64,000 bases of DNA from Lama glama (Eukaryota): assembly GCA_028534125.1 (NCBI GenBank), contig CM052817.1, forward strand, positions 103,356,001 through 103,420,000, written 5' to 3'. Positions 51,170 to 63,829 of the stretch are shown piece after piece (positions within the stretch are counted from its first letter, which is position 1; each line of letters begins with the position of its first letter). Position numbers and translations under genes: made by a program. Below the pieces are notes generated by a model. It was not told where the DNA came from and ran no database searches. It worked only from the letters and a program-made list of their open reading frames with translations.

Positions 51170-51830
51170 AGTGAGGACGGGATACCGTGGGGGGAGGTGG
51201 TGTAGGGGAAGCGGTGACAGGTCACATAGGCCTGGTAGGCCGTCAAAAAAGATTTGGTTTTACTGAGAAGAGAAACAATGAAAAGTTGTGAGCAGCTTGA
51301 TCTGATCATTAAAAGGACGACTTTGCTGGGATTTGTTTTAAAATCCTCCGCCAAAAAAAGGAAGGGTAGGGAATAGAAGAAAGAAAATGGACAAAATATT
51401 AATTTTTGACGCTGAGTGATGAGTGCATGGGGGTAGTTATCTGTATTTATGTGTATGTTTTGAAAGGTTTATAATAAAAACATTTTTTAAAGATGATTGG
51501 CAGCTATACGAGCCATATATGTACTGAAGCAAGATAACTGGTCAGATTCTGATTTTACTGATAAGATAAAGCAAAACAAGAAGAGAAAAAGAATTGCTGA
51601 TAGATTAGGTATGAGTATAAGAGGAAGAGCAGGGTGGAAGATGATCCCAAGGGTTTTGGTCTGGGCTCTTGGGAGTGGAGATGACCGTGTAGATGATATT
51701 AAAAGACTGGTTGAGATCAACTAGATAATATAACTAGAGAAAAGAAAGCACCAAGAAGTGAGCCCCAGGGCACTCCAGCACTAGGACAATAAGATATGGA
51801 GGATTCAGCGAAGGGGAGGGGGGGAGCAGT
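51170..51830 (-). mobile_element. Degraded L2 fragments with an intervening L1M-like piece
   Basis: Antisense L2 motifs (GGAAGATGATCCCAAGGGTTTTGGTCTGGG). Approximate boundaries. Confidence 0.45.
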
Positions 51831-54800
51831 AGTGACGTAGGAGAACTGTCTTGGTGGCCTGTTGAAGCCTTCCAGATAAAGGCCGTATCTAGTATGCCTT
51901 AACATGAGCTCACCCCTGTTTAACCTGGTGGCGTTATTGATCCCTCAAGTATAAGGCATATCTGTTGAGCTATTTCTTTAGTGTTAGTGAAGATTTTATT
52001 CTGATCTGTAATAAGACTTCCTACTTTATTAGGTCATTGTAAGAATTAAGTAGAATAATCTATTTAAAGCATATAGCACTAAGTGTATAATGGAAGTACT
52101 TGATAAGTATTCACTGCTATTATTATTTCTACGCATTTCCATGACCATCAGTTATATTTTACTCAGCGAGGAATTGAGGTCAAGTGCTAGACCCAAGAGA
52201 CACACTAACAGATTTGATCAAAACTTTGGCCAGACTTCCTTCTTCTGTGTGTAAGCAGAGTGAGCAGGACTGTTTGATCAGAGATTTCAGAAGCTCTTTC
52301 AGGAAAAAACAAAACAAAATCATAAAACTCTTCTAGTGCTTTTGTATCTTCCCACCCCAAGTGATGCTATTGGTATAAGTAAATGCTGAAAAGTTAGGAT
52401 ATGTCAATCTGACAAGTAGGCACAGAGCTTCAAACCATAACCCCTTTCACATCCTCGCCTGGATTAGTTTTGTCCATTACAAATCTCTGCTTCTTAAGGG
52501 ATCCAGGTCAGCTAGCCTGCTGAATGTCTACTCAAACCTTTTCTTTTTCACACCTATTCCTAAATTTGTAGGCTTTTTAAGTTATCTGTGAGAGGGTACT
52601 TTTTACCCACACACAGCTCAACCTTGCTAAGAGTTAAATGACAGCCCACAAGCTCTAGTATCCTGGTGTGGTGGCCACCAGGTAGATTTGAAGACAGTCC
52701 ATATTCTTAATCCAATACTCTGCCCTGACTCCCCTCCCTGCAGAGACGTGGAAGAGCTGGGTCCACAGCTCAAACTTCATCTATGAATCTTGAAGCAATT
52801 TGAAGATGTTAATCTACACAGCACTTTGGTGGTTTTCTGAAAAGACAGTGACAGGACCTTTGGCTTTCAGACATAAGCAGAGCTGCTTAAGAGCAGTAGC
52901 CATATGAGGCCAACGTTTCCATCTGCATCTTTGTGTGGGCCAAGTCATTTCACCAAGCTGATCCTTGGCCAGATGCAGCCTCAACACTTAACCCTGTCTC
53001 ACCAACCACAAGAAAAAAGAAAAAAGTTTGACAGGATTTACACAAATCCATCTGTGGGGAAGAAAACTTTTGATACGTTTTCCTTTGTATGTCAGTTTCA
53101 CCATTTTCTCAAGTAAAGGACACAAAGGATTAGGAGCAGCTACCCAAGTCCGCCAGGGACCCCCTGTCTCCATTTCCCTTGGCACAGGAACTAACTCGAC
53201 GTGCTGAGGTGTTTGACCTGCTCAGGTCATTAGCTCTGATCACCTACCTATGCTTTAGATGAGGTCTTCGCTCCCCCACACAGGGATGAGATCTTACAGG
53301 ATTTGTTATACTTTGAAATAGAACAATTCCTTAGCTGTGCTTGTAACCATAACCTATAGCTAATACGAGAAACCAGAACACATCACCAGTAAAGAAGATG
53401 GAACCATGCAGAGGAACAAGTCTGTGACAGTAGTTGGTAGCAAAAATGACTTTGATTATGTTTAAATCCCATGGTGCAGGAGAACTCATGACGTGATAGG
53501 ACAGACACAAGCACATCACATGGCAAGAGTCTGGAAACTGAGAATTGCTCCTGTAAAGAAAAGACTCAATTTCACCAAAGAATATAAAACTCTAAGATTC
53601 TGTTTTTGTAATTCCTTCCAGTGTAAAGGTAGGAAGAATGAAAAGCATCATTCATTCAAAAATGGGGCATTAAAGACAATGGAAAACTTCTAAAAACTCC
53701 TGTTTTCTATCCTAAAGAGTTAGTCTAAAATGTTTTTTGAGTTGTTTTTCTCATTTTAAATTAGGGTTTTTGCTTTTATTATTTTGATTTGGAATCAGCT
53801 TAGTGCACATAATATATTATGAAGCTTTTCAAATTATTCTTGTGAGACTTTGCTGTTTAGCAAATGGATTTGTCAATACATCAAGGTATTTATTACAGAG
53901 TTTGTGGTGTGAAATGAGCTGATGTGCATCTTCTGCTTCAGACCAATAGAAAATCTTTAATTGAAGGAATTCATTTCTGTGAGTCCAGTTTATTCTACAA
54001 ATGTTGCTTCCTTGTTTTTATAGTCTTGAAGATTCAAACCACACACCTGCCAATTATCCTGTATCAGAGGTTCCTGGAAAAAATGAAAGCAAATTGTTTA
54101 CTGCAAAGTTTAATTGGAAATCTTTTGGAATAGGTACAGGAAGTATTCAAAAATAGACTTCACACTAATGTATATCAGGTTAGCAGTTTTTCTGTCCTTT
54201 TTTATGGAAAGGAAATTTACTTAATCTATTTTCACTTGTACATAGTTCTATGGTATCTATTTATGTGGTCTGGTGATGTAATACCTCATTATGGCATTAT
54301 CTAAGACAACATCTTTCTACAGAGTCAGCAATGCTGAGAGAAGAAAAAGCAAGTAAAACTTCTTGACAAATTAGGCGAAGCATTATGAGCTTGGTGTCAT
54401 TCATCTCAGGTCACACACACACACACACACAAACACACACATACACACTTCTACCCACTTTTCTGTTTGTCCATCACAGCTATTAATAGCACTAACCCTA
54501 AACTAAATTGTGAAATAATTGGTTTTTTTGCCTTTCTCCTTTTCCCCATAGTGTTCCCTTTTTTCCCTTTTGGCATCAGTACATCTGTCACCTCTCACCA
54601 TCACCAACTACAGGACCCCACTGTCCTCTCTTCATCCCTAATCAAACTTAGAAATTACCTAATATCAGTTAGAATGATTAGTGGATTGCACTGCAATACA
54701 ACAGACCAACTTGATCTTGGTATTATTTTAGCCAAATAATGTCTTCGTACCCTAATCCCTATTCTCTTTCCTCTTAGAATGCATTCCAACACCTTCTATA

Positions 54801-55462
54801 TTATTTCAATCACAACATTTTTGATGAAAAAGTGTGATGTTGAAACGTATCTTTTCCATTAATAGAGGTATTTCTGTATAGCACTGTCAATGGAATGCTT
54901 TAATAAAGGACCATGCTGAAAGAGATGAAAAATATTCTTCTTAAACTCTTGACTTTTGGAGACCAAACCTCTAGGAGTCTGTATTATTTGTTCAAATTGT
55001 TCACATGGTAATGTGAAAAGATAAGTCTTGAGTTTCCACATGAATCCAAAAATTCAAGCTCAACCCCAGTCTTGGAATTATTTTCTCAAGTAAGGATCCT
55101 TTGCCAAGAAATCCTTTCTCATTCTTAAGCTGGTACTAGTCAGCTTCGGGAAGCAGAGAAGCACGTTTAGTGCAGGATATAAGTGGTTAATCAATTCCTG
55201 AGGCATCCATATTTCTTCATTTCTTCTGTTAAGATCTTGGTAATAATCCAACCCACAAAATAGAAGTGAATCCAGGCCTCATATGAGAACTCTTCTTCAT
55301 TGAACTAAAAATGAACCTAAGCTTCCATTTTGAAGTCCTTGTTAAAAGCTAACTAAAATTAAATCATGAGAAATATATTCCTAGTCGTATTTTCTGAAGC
55401 AAACTGATCCAAGCCAATTTTATTTTCTTATACTAATCTGAACTGTGTTATACTTGGGTATT

Positions 55463-56393
55463 TTCTTTTGAGAGTTATGTTTTATTCAGCGGACATTTCT
55501 GAGGACACGAACCTCTTCAAGTCGAGCCGGGGATGACAGCCTCTCAGATGGCTCTGAGGGACTGCTCCGAAGAGGTAGGGGAGGAGCTAGGATATATAGG
55601 AGCTTTACAACAAAGACCAGGTAGTCGGAACATCAAAGGATTACTGTTAATTAAGGAAAACCAGACATCTCAAGTTAAAGAATTTAGCACTTTTCTATGA
55701 ATGGGAGGGAGCAAATGTCTGGGCTCATTGAAATCATTCCTTTGGCAAGCACCTAGCTCTCTAGGGCCAGTATCCCGTCCTTTCACGTCCCTCAGGGGGT
55801 ACCAATGGGGATGGCTGCAGAGGCCAGGCTGCCTTCTTGTCTGCATCCTGAGTTGGCTGATGACTTGATGGCTTCAGCATTCTTTGTTTGCTGATACGGC
55901 TCACAGTAGTTTCTGTTCATGGTGCTCCCCCTTGATGCTAAATTCGACCAATATTTTGGGAGACACTTCATGACCAATTTTGTCCATGGCCCTAGGGAAA
56001 CTCATTCCTAGATCAGGCAAAGATTTTGCTGATATGTCTCTCAAGGTATTAATTTTTGGATCAGGCCCTGTGGATAACCAAAAGTTCTCTGGATCGCCTG
56101 TCTTACTAGTCTATTATGATCCAGGAAATATTTTTCCCTTGTTGCTTCTTCCTATACCTAGAATCACACTATTACAATTATTTTATGCGGGGTTATAAAT
56201 GTTATTTATTTCATCAATCTTGTCGGAGGCCTAGTTACACATTGGGAAATGCAAGAGACTACAATCTTATAAAATAGAATATAAGTAATACAGCTAGTAA
56301 CATTAATAAAGTCATACAAAGCATAAACAATTTAGAAACAAAGAACAAATTAAAACAATGGTTAGTATAACTAGTGGTAATCTGGTTGCATAC
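55463..56393 (-). mobile_element. MER41-like ERV1 fragment: internal 3' region + PPT + U3-R, short A tail, long TSD
   Basis: Minus-strand PPT AAGGGGGAG at 55925-55933, LTR homologous to 10521-10955, TATATA near 55593, AATAAA at 55481-55486, then AAAAGAAAA. Direct repeat ACTTGGGTATT at 55452-55462 and 56394-56404. Confidence 0.8.
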
Positions 56394-56725
56394 ACTTGGG
56401 TATTATACGAACCTTTTTCTGTGCCAGAGAGAGGAAATACTGTCAGCCTATTTAAGTTGCAGCTATCCTTCTGCCCTCAGCACTCTCTAAACTCCTTTCC
56501 TGAGCTCTGTTTCCCAGAAACTCTTATCACAATTTGACAAACTATACGTATCACTTTTTTTTTTCCATTTATTGTCTATCCTCTGCCTTGGAATGTAAGC
56601 TCTGCTATACTCTCAGGGCTTAGGAAAGTACTGCACATAATATGCCCACAATAATACCATTGGATGGACAAACTGGCAAGATTCATTATGTACATCAACC
56701 AAAACATTTACCTCTAGAAATATAC

Positions 56726-56892
56726 TTTTTTTTTCACTTTATTTTTTAAAATTGAAGTGTAGTCGATTTACAGTGTTAGTTTCAGGTGTACAGCAAAGTT
56801 ACACATATACATTTTTTCAGTTTCTTTTCTATTGTGGCTCCTTTACAAGAAACTGAATAAATTTCCCTGTGCTATATGGTAGGCCCATGTTC
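56726..56892 (-). mobile_element. Short L1 3' end
   Basis: TTGAAGTGTAGTCGATTTACAGTGTTAGTTTCAGGTGTACAGC...TTCCCTGTGCTATA. TSD AGAAA(T/C)ATAC at 56716-56725 and 56893-56902. Confidence 0.8.
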
Positions 56893-57049
56893 AGAAACAT
56901 ACATTTTAACTCAAGTTCATGCAATGTACATTGTAACAGCTGTGTACTAAATCTATATATTAATTTTCATTTCTTTTCCTTTTGAAAGCACAAAATCAAT
57001 GGTCCCCAGAAATAAGGAAATCCCAGAGAAACTTTCTTTGATTTCAGTC

Positions 57050-57950
57050 AGTCAGTCGGCCAACATTTATTGAATGACTTCTTTGATAAATACACTGTGA
57101 TGAATGGGGAGTTGGGGTGGGTAGAAAAAAGAAAAAACTTAAGGCAAGGATTCTGCCTTAAGACTCTCGTAACTAACTTGAACCACAAGAAATAAATCCA
57201 GTGTTTTAAGTCAAATTAATTAGAGGGAAACACCAGGTAAGAAAATCTTCACAAATAAGATGAATGCTGACTTGAGTACTTAAGAAAGAGAAAGGCACGT
57301 AGTGGGGAAAGAGAGCAGGTTGAGTGGGCAGCAAAGGGGGATTTTAGACAAATGAGTCCAAGAGTGGGTTAATAAGGAAAAGCCAAGACGCCAATGTTAA
57401 GGCCAGATCCTGGGCATCCTTGAATGGATGTTAGGCTTTATGTGGAGTAACAGACATTGGAGGAATATGCGTGTGTGTGTAAGTGTGAGTGTGTATGTGT
57501 GTGTGCATGCACACATGTGCTTGGCCAGGCAGACATCTGGAGCATTTCATCTGGCATTGTTGTGCAAAAGGAATGACAGGTAGGAGAGACTGGAAGCAGG
57601 AAGGTTAGTTGGGAAGCTATTTCGAGAGTTCATGTGTGAGACGTTAAAACTGGACGTAGGGTTGTGCTCTCTAAATGAAAAGGAGAACCAAATAGATGGC
57701 AAAGATGGAACAAGCATGACTTGACAACCAGTTTGATATGGGGGCAAGGAAGATGAGGTAGTCAGAAATCCTAAGACTTTCAACCTGAGACTCTGGAGAG
57801 AGAATTGATAGAAGGAAGAAAGTCACACGAGGTAGATGATGATGTGTGTGGTTTAGGCCTGCCAAGTTTTCAGTAAGAGCAAGATATCCAAGCAAAATAT
57901 CCAGAAGGAAATTGAAGGTAAGCCAGGACAAGGACACTCTTATAAAGAAA
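57050..57950 (-). mobile_element. Degraded L2
   Basis: Starts CAACATTTATTGAATG (antisense L2 3' end). Later GAGACTGGAAGCAGGAAGGTTAGTTGGGAAGCTATT motif. Confidence 0.6.
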
Positions 57951-60744
57951 ATCACTCAGAAAATTATTGGCCCCTGAAGAAACCAGTAATGCAAGTTTCT
58001 GTGAGAGCTACTTTGTTATAAGATGTAAACTAAAAAAAAAAAAAAAAAAAAAAAAAAGGATAAATTCTCCAGCACATTCTCCACATTTCTCTCAGCATAG
58101 GTTGGCATCCCAGTGTTGCTTTCTTAATTTTAAGTTCTAAAATTGTGCAAATAATGCATCATTACATGCTTACAGTGAAAATTCAAACCACTAAGTGATG
58201 ATATACACCATCCCCTCCCCCAACCCCCTGTGTGTAAACAGAGATTACCCATGGTAATGGTTTCGTGTGTGCCTTTTCAAACATTTTCCTGTGCAGTTAC
58301 AGACATACGTGATACATATAGAAAAACCTGGGGTTTTTTGTTTGTTTGTTTCACACAGTGGGATCATGCTGTGTGGTACCATCAGCCCATTAGCAGCTGC
58401 TAAGGAAGACTTACTGCCAATTTGCTGTAGCTGAGGGGACCCAGGCAGGGGGAGCAGAGCTGCCAGCTGCCAATGCATCCAGGATTTTAACTGATACTAA
58501 TTTCAGGGAAGATTTTGAACATCAGAAATTTGGCTAATGCATTAGATTAAACAGTACCCTGCCAGATAGATTCTCCATTGCATCTTAGTACCAGGCAACT
58601 TTTCCCTCCCCTCTCACCAAAACACACATACTGTTTTAGAAATCTTAGTTTTCCTCTAATCCTTAGGAAGCAAAATTCAAAGTCACTACTTCCCCAGTCA
58701 AAATTAGTTTTTTAACATTGGATTTCACATTTCCCAGAAATCCTTGTATTTCTAGGTTCTCTATTTCTGTTTTTTTCATATCCTTTGTTTCAATCTGTAC
58801 TTGTCTCCATAATTTTTCATTCCAGTTGCCTCGACCAAGAAAGAGGCTTTCTCTTTAAAACCTAGGTACTAGAAAGGTCTTGAAGGGCTAAATTGTGGTG
58901 GATATCTGTTCACTGTATGTTGGTTAAGAATTGCTGAAATTTTATTCTTTTGTGTTTTAGTTCCTGATTAAACCTTCCTAAAACTGTAGTAATTACATAC
59001 CTACTTATAATGATTTACTTTAAAGCATGTTTAGATATTGCAATGACATGCATTTTATTTAGCACAATCCACTTTTAAAGTTCTAACTGTAGGAAGCTAT
59101 ATATGTTCATGATTACAGTTTATTTGAATGTGTAGTATTTTGGGAACAGTAAAGTACCATACTTTGCGGGGGTGGAATGAAAATAATTTATTTTTAAATG
59201 AACTAAAGTTTTTTAAAAATGTTCAGTGTCTAGGGTAATCTTGAAATTCATTGGTTCTATTTTATATCATAAGCTATGAATCAAAACATCTTTATACAAT
59301 GGAATCTCACTAATGTGGTTTTCAAAAATCCATGTCATATGGTCACAACCAACTACTTTGGTAATTGTGGTTATTAAATCATCTTTGAGATTTTTTTTCT
59401 CTTACACTGAATTTCATACAAAATAATTTTTGCAAGTAAGTGGAAGTGTCTTTCAGATGACCAGCTGAAAATGATTTATATTTCATCAACAACTTGTCAT
59501 AATCGTGTTATTAGAAAACAATGGTTGAAGCCACTTTGAAAACTCATCTGGTTTATTCATCTGATTTCATATGGGGGTATGACCGATTCTAAAGGCATTC
59601 GGGGAATATTTCAGAACTTTCTCCTGTAACTCATCCCACACTTTTACAGTCCTTGCCAAGATTCAGCGCCCAGTACTGTGTTTGCTTTGGAAACAGATTC
59701 AAAAAAATAACCCTCCTGGGAACAGCTTGCCCACCCTGAGGAAATGAGATGTACGTACCTCAAATTATAGGGGAATATGATTCATGAGTGAAAAGATAAT
59801 TCGGGGATGCAGTTACCCCAGAAACACTTTTCCTCACACAAGAAGGAGAACACAAACGGCAGACCTGGCAGAAACGATGGGTCTGCCCCAAATGGAGGTG
59901 AAAAGTGGTAGCTGAGGTTGGACAGGAAAGGCAAGGTGTTTTCCCAGGGGACTCCCAAAGCCTGACTGAGAGGTGGTTTGAAATTGCTCTAATAAGCTTG
60001 CAGACACTGAGGCGTTTTAATAGAGGAGTAAAACATGCAGGCGAGATTTATCTGGCTGAAATGGACGGACTTGCTGGGAGTCTTTAGAAGGAAGGGAATT
60101 GATTGAGGAGACATTACACATTCAACAAAAGTTTAAAAAAAAATAGATGTGTTCTGTGAGAGCAATTCCACTTCTAGGAATTTATCTTAAAGAGAGAATC
60201 ATAGATGCACATAATGAGTCAGCTACCAGAATATTAAATCAGTATATTCATACAATAATAAACTGGAAATTGAAATTGACCAAAAGGTGGCTGGTCAAAT
60301 ATTACTATCACACCAATATATAGTGGATGATTATGGGGCCATTAAAATTGATACGTCAAAAGACTACTTAATGTCATAAAAAGATGACACTGATGAAAGG
60401 AAAAAGGAAGTTACAAAATACTGTGTATAGTATGATCCTAGGCATGTACTAGGGGAAAAGTGTGCATATGTGTGCAGCTCTGTGTGTGATGGGTAAGGTG
60501 AACAAATATGACAGTTTAATGACATAGAAAATGCAATTTTTGTCCTTACGAACATATATTCATTGGTATTATCTTTTCCTGTCGTAAGAGGAAGTGTGGA
60601 ACGGGCCCATCCCTCTTAGTAAAAAGTCCTTCAGCCAATCATAGTCCTAATAAGCCACAACTCAGTCTTAAGTAACAGTCAAAATTCCAAATTAACTTTG
60701 TGTTAACTTTTCTTCTCTCCCCAGTCTTTTTCTTCAATGAGTGT

Positions 60745-60862
60745 GTAGTGGGGGGTAATTAGGTTTACTTATTTATTTTATTGAGGGAGGTACTGGGGAT
60801 TGAACCCACGACCTCATGCATGCTAAGCATGTGCTCTACCACTGAGCCCTACCCTCCCCCCT
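60745..60862 (-). mobile_element. tRNA-Ala-derived SINE (Vic-1 type)
   Basis: GGTAATTAGGTTT...GGAGGTACTGGGGATTGAACCC...GCTCTACCACTGAGC. Confidence 0.87.
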
Positions 60863-61164
60863 CCCCCATCTTGGACTACTTCGGTCTGAAGTCTTGTAGG
60901 GAGGAAAGTTGAGGAGAGGGTGAGGTCCTTCTGCAATGCTCCTTAGACTTAGGGTGACTCACCAGGAAATCTGAATTCTAGAACCACCTGTACACACCAG
61001 ACTAGTAAATTAACCGTTCCAGTTGATTACCTCATGTGAAAAATGGAACTAATAACACTTGGCCTACCTATGTCTTAGATTTATTATGAATACCATAGAA
61101 GCAGGACTATTTTGCAGAGTTAAGTAGTGTTTTACTAGCATATTATCAAATACAACGTACTAGT

Positions 61165-61500
61165 CTAGGGATCCAAAACGCAGATGCCCACAGGAGGCCA
61201 GGAAGGTGACCTAAATCTCCAGGTGTGAGATGACGAACAGCAGCCGGCATCTGGCCTTGACGCTGGGAGCACGGCACTGTGGTGGGGAAGAGGGTAAGCG
61301 GAGGGGGGAGTGCTCCTGCCTGGTGGGCGGCGATTCCTCAGATCTGAGCTGCTTGTGTCACGTGGAAACACAGGCCGTGTTGCTAGATCCTCTCATATTT
61401 CAAGGGAAGCCACAAATTCTGACTTTTATGTGAAATCTTCTATTTTTCCAATGTTGACAACTGATTTAAAGATCAAATCTATGTTGGTACTTAGAGCAAC
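61165..61500. mobile_element. Charlie4z-like hAT fragment
   Basis: GTTGCTAGATCCTCTCATATTTCAAGGGAAGCCACAAATTCTGACTTTTATGTGAAATCT resembles the recalled Charlie4z consensus. Confidence 0.55.
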
Positions 61501-62249
61501 GAAGTGTGAGTTGAACTAAGAATGAATAAGGTCTAGATCCCGTCCCTGTGATGTTGCTTCGTAATTCGACACTACACTATAGACAACTCAAAGGCGGAGA
61601 CCTCGACTTTTCCCTCTGTGGTCTTGATATTTTATACAACATCTGACATATTTGGTGCCTAATAAATGCCAATAAAGCTGTGGATGCATGCCACTAAATG
61701 GAAAGACTATTTCTGCAGGTGAAGACGTCAAGCAACTCAACGATGCCTTCCCGCCTTGAACAAAAGGGTTCTTTGTATATGACAGTTAATTGTAACAGTC
61801 TTTCCTTTTATTCTTCCCAACCCATCAAGTTAGAGTAGGGGAAGGAAGTAGAAGACAGCTAAACGAACAGATGCAAAATAAGAGACTAAAGTGAGCAAAG
61901 AGTTAAGCTAAATACATAAAATCAGAAGATGTCTGGTTACTCCTGGCGTCCTATCTTATAAGGAGATTGGATTGTCAGATTGAAGTGGGTGGATTTAACT
62001 AACTTTAGGTGAATGAGAAGAAGTGCAGGGCCTCATTGAGGGGGTGTGGGGGTCTCTTGTGGGGACAGCAGGTAGTCGGAGAAGACTTCCTGAGGGAGTG
62101 ATGTTATTTCATTCAACAAGTACCTATTGGATGTTTATATGGACGACATCAGTGAACAAAGCAAAGACCTTCAACCTTCATGGAGCTTATGTTTCAGTTG
62201 AGGACACAACTGACATAAAAATTAGAAGATTATACAGGATGTTGGAAGG

Positions 62250-62592
62250 TGGGATGGTCAATTTCATGGGCCAGTTGGCTCGGGTATGATCCTTAGTCAT
62301 ACAGTCAAACACTAATCCAGGTCTTGCTGCAAATGTTATCCTACATAATCTGGGTAGGCCTGCTCCAATCAGGGGAAAGACCCTAGGAGTGGAACTGAGG
62401 CTTTCCTCAGAACAAGAAAGCCCCCCTGTGGACTGCAGCTTTGGCCCATGTGGGCAAGTCCCAGTCTCCCCTTCCTGACAGAATGCTTGGTGGATTTTGG
62501 ACTTGCCTGACCAGCCCCCATAGTTGCATAAGCCAGCTCCTTGATATATCTCCTTCTGGTTCCACTTCTCTAGTGGATCCTTGACTGGTGCA
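62250..62592 (+). mobile_element. ERVL solo LTR (MLT2E/F-like)
   Basis: TG...CA ends. Motifs GTCAAACACTAATCCAGGT and CCTGTGGACTGCAGCTTTGGCCCATG. 5-bp TSD (G/A)AAGG. Confidence 0.78.
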
Positions 62593-62801
62593 AAAGGTGA
62601 TGGGGTACCAGAGAGGCGGTAGTGCAACACGACAAGAGGGAGCATGTTGTAGTATTAAACAGGAGAGTCAGCTTAAGTTTGACTGAGAATGTGAGATTTG
62701 AGTAGACTTGGCAGACAAGAGGCAGTGAGGCAAGTCTGTTCCTTTGGGACAATCAGTCTAGGCAGAAAGAACTACTAGAACAAAGTCGTTAAGGTAGGAA
62801 A

Positions 62802-62802
<1 letters not shown>

Positions 62803-62834
<32 letters not shown>

Positions 62835-62920
62835 CCTTATTAGAGGCACTGGGGATTGAACCCAGGATCTCGTGTGTACTAAGCATGCGCTCTACCACTG
62901 AGCTATACCCCAACCTTCCA
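62803..62920 (-). mobile_element. tRNA-Ala-derived SINE with a (CA)n tail
   Basis: Reverse complement GGGGTATAGCTCAGTGGTAGAGCGCATGCTTAG...GGTTCAATCCCCAG, then a CA repeat. Degenerate TSD G(T/C)AGGAAA..TTG. Confidence 0.82.
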
Positions 62921-63126
62921 GCAGGAAACTTTGAAGAAGGGGGCCAGTTTGGCTGTTGCAGAGTAAGAGTGGGGAGCAGGAGAGGAGATCAGAGAGGTAA
63001 CGGGCAGGGGCAGAGGTTTAGACCATTGTAAGGACCTTAGATTTTACTTTGAGTGAACCAGAGAATCATCGCACAGTTTTGAGAGAAGGGTGCATAATCT
63101 GACTTATGTTTTTAAAGGATCATTTA

Positions 63127-63829
63127 CTGTGGAAAACAGTATGGAGATTCCTCAAAAGACTAGGAATAGACTTACCATATGACCCAGTAATCCCACTCCT
63201 GGGCATATATCCAGAAGGAACTCTACTTCAAAAAGACACCTGCACCCCAATGTTCATAGCAGCACTACTTACAATAGCCAAGACATGGAAACAGCCTAAA
63301 TGTCTGTCAATAGATGACTGGATAAAGAAGAGGTGGTATATTTATACAATGGAATACTATTCAGCCACAAAAACTGACAACACAACACCATTTGCAGCCA
63401 CATGGATGTTCCTGGAGAATGTCATTCTAAGTGACGTAAGCCAGAAAGAGAAAGAAAAATACCATATGAGATCGCTTATATGTGGAATCTAAAAAAAAAA
63501 AAAACCATAAATACAAAACAGAAACAGACTCATAGACATAGAATACAAACTTGTGGTTGCCAAGGGGGCGGAGAGTGGGAAGGGACAGACTGGGATTTCA
63601 AAATGTAGAACAGATAAACAAGATTATACTGTATAGCACAGGGAAATATATGCAAGATCTTGTGGTAGCTCACAGCAAGAAAAGAAATGTGACAATGAAT
63701 GTATGTATGTTCACGTATAACTGAAAAATTGTGTTCTAAACTGGAATTTGACCCAACATTGTAAAGCGACTATAACTCAATAAAAAATGTTAAAAAATAA
63801 AATGCAAGAGTTTTAAATAGATAAAAAAA
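63127..63829 (+). mobile_element. Young 5'-truncated L1 (open ORF2 C-terminus + 3' UTR)
   Basis: ORF 63106..63492 is an uninterrupted L1 ORF2 C-terminus ([20 protein letters not shown]...SLICGI). Perfect 14-bp TSD TAAAGGATCATTTA at 63113-63126 and 63830-63843. Confidence 0.94.

Noticed and set aside
62023..62645. ORFs of 88-152 aa upstream of the gene
   Set aside because: They fall within L2 and MLT2 repeats.
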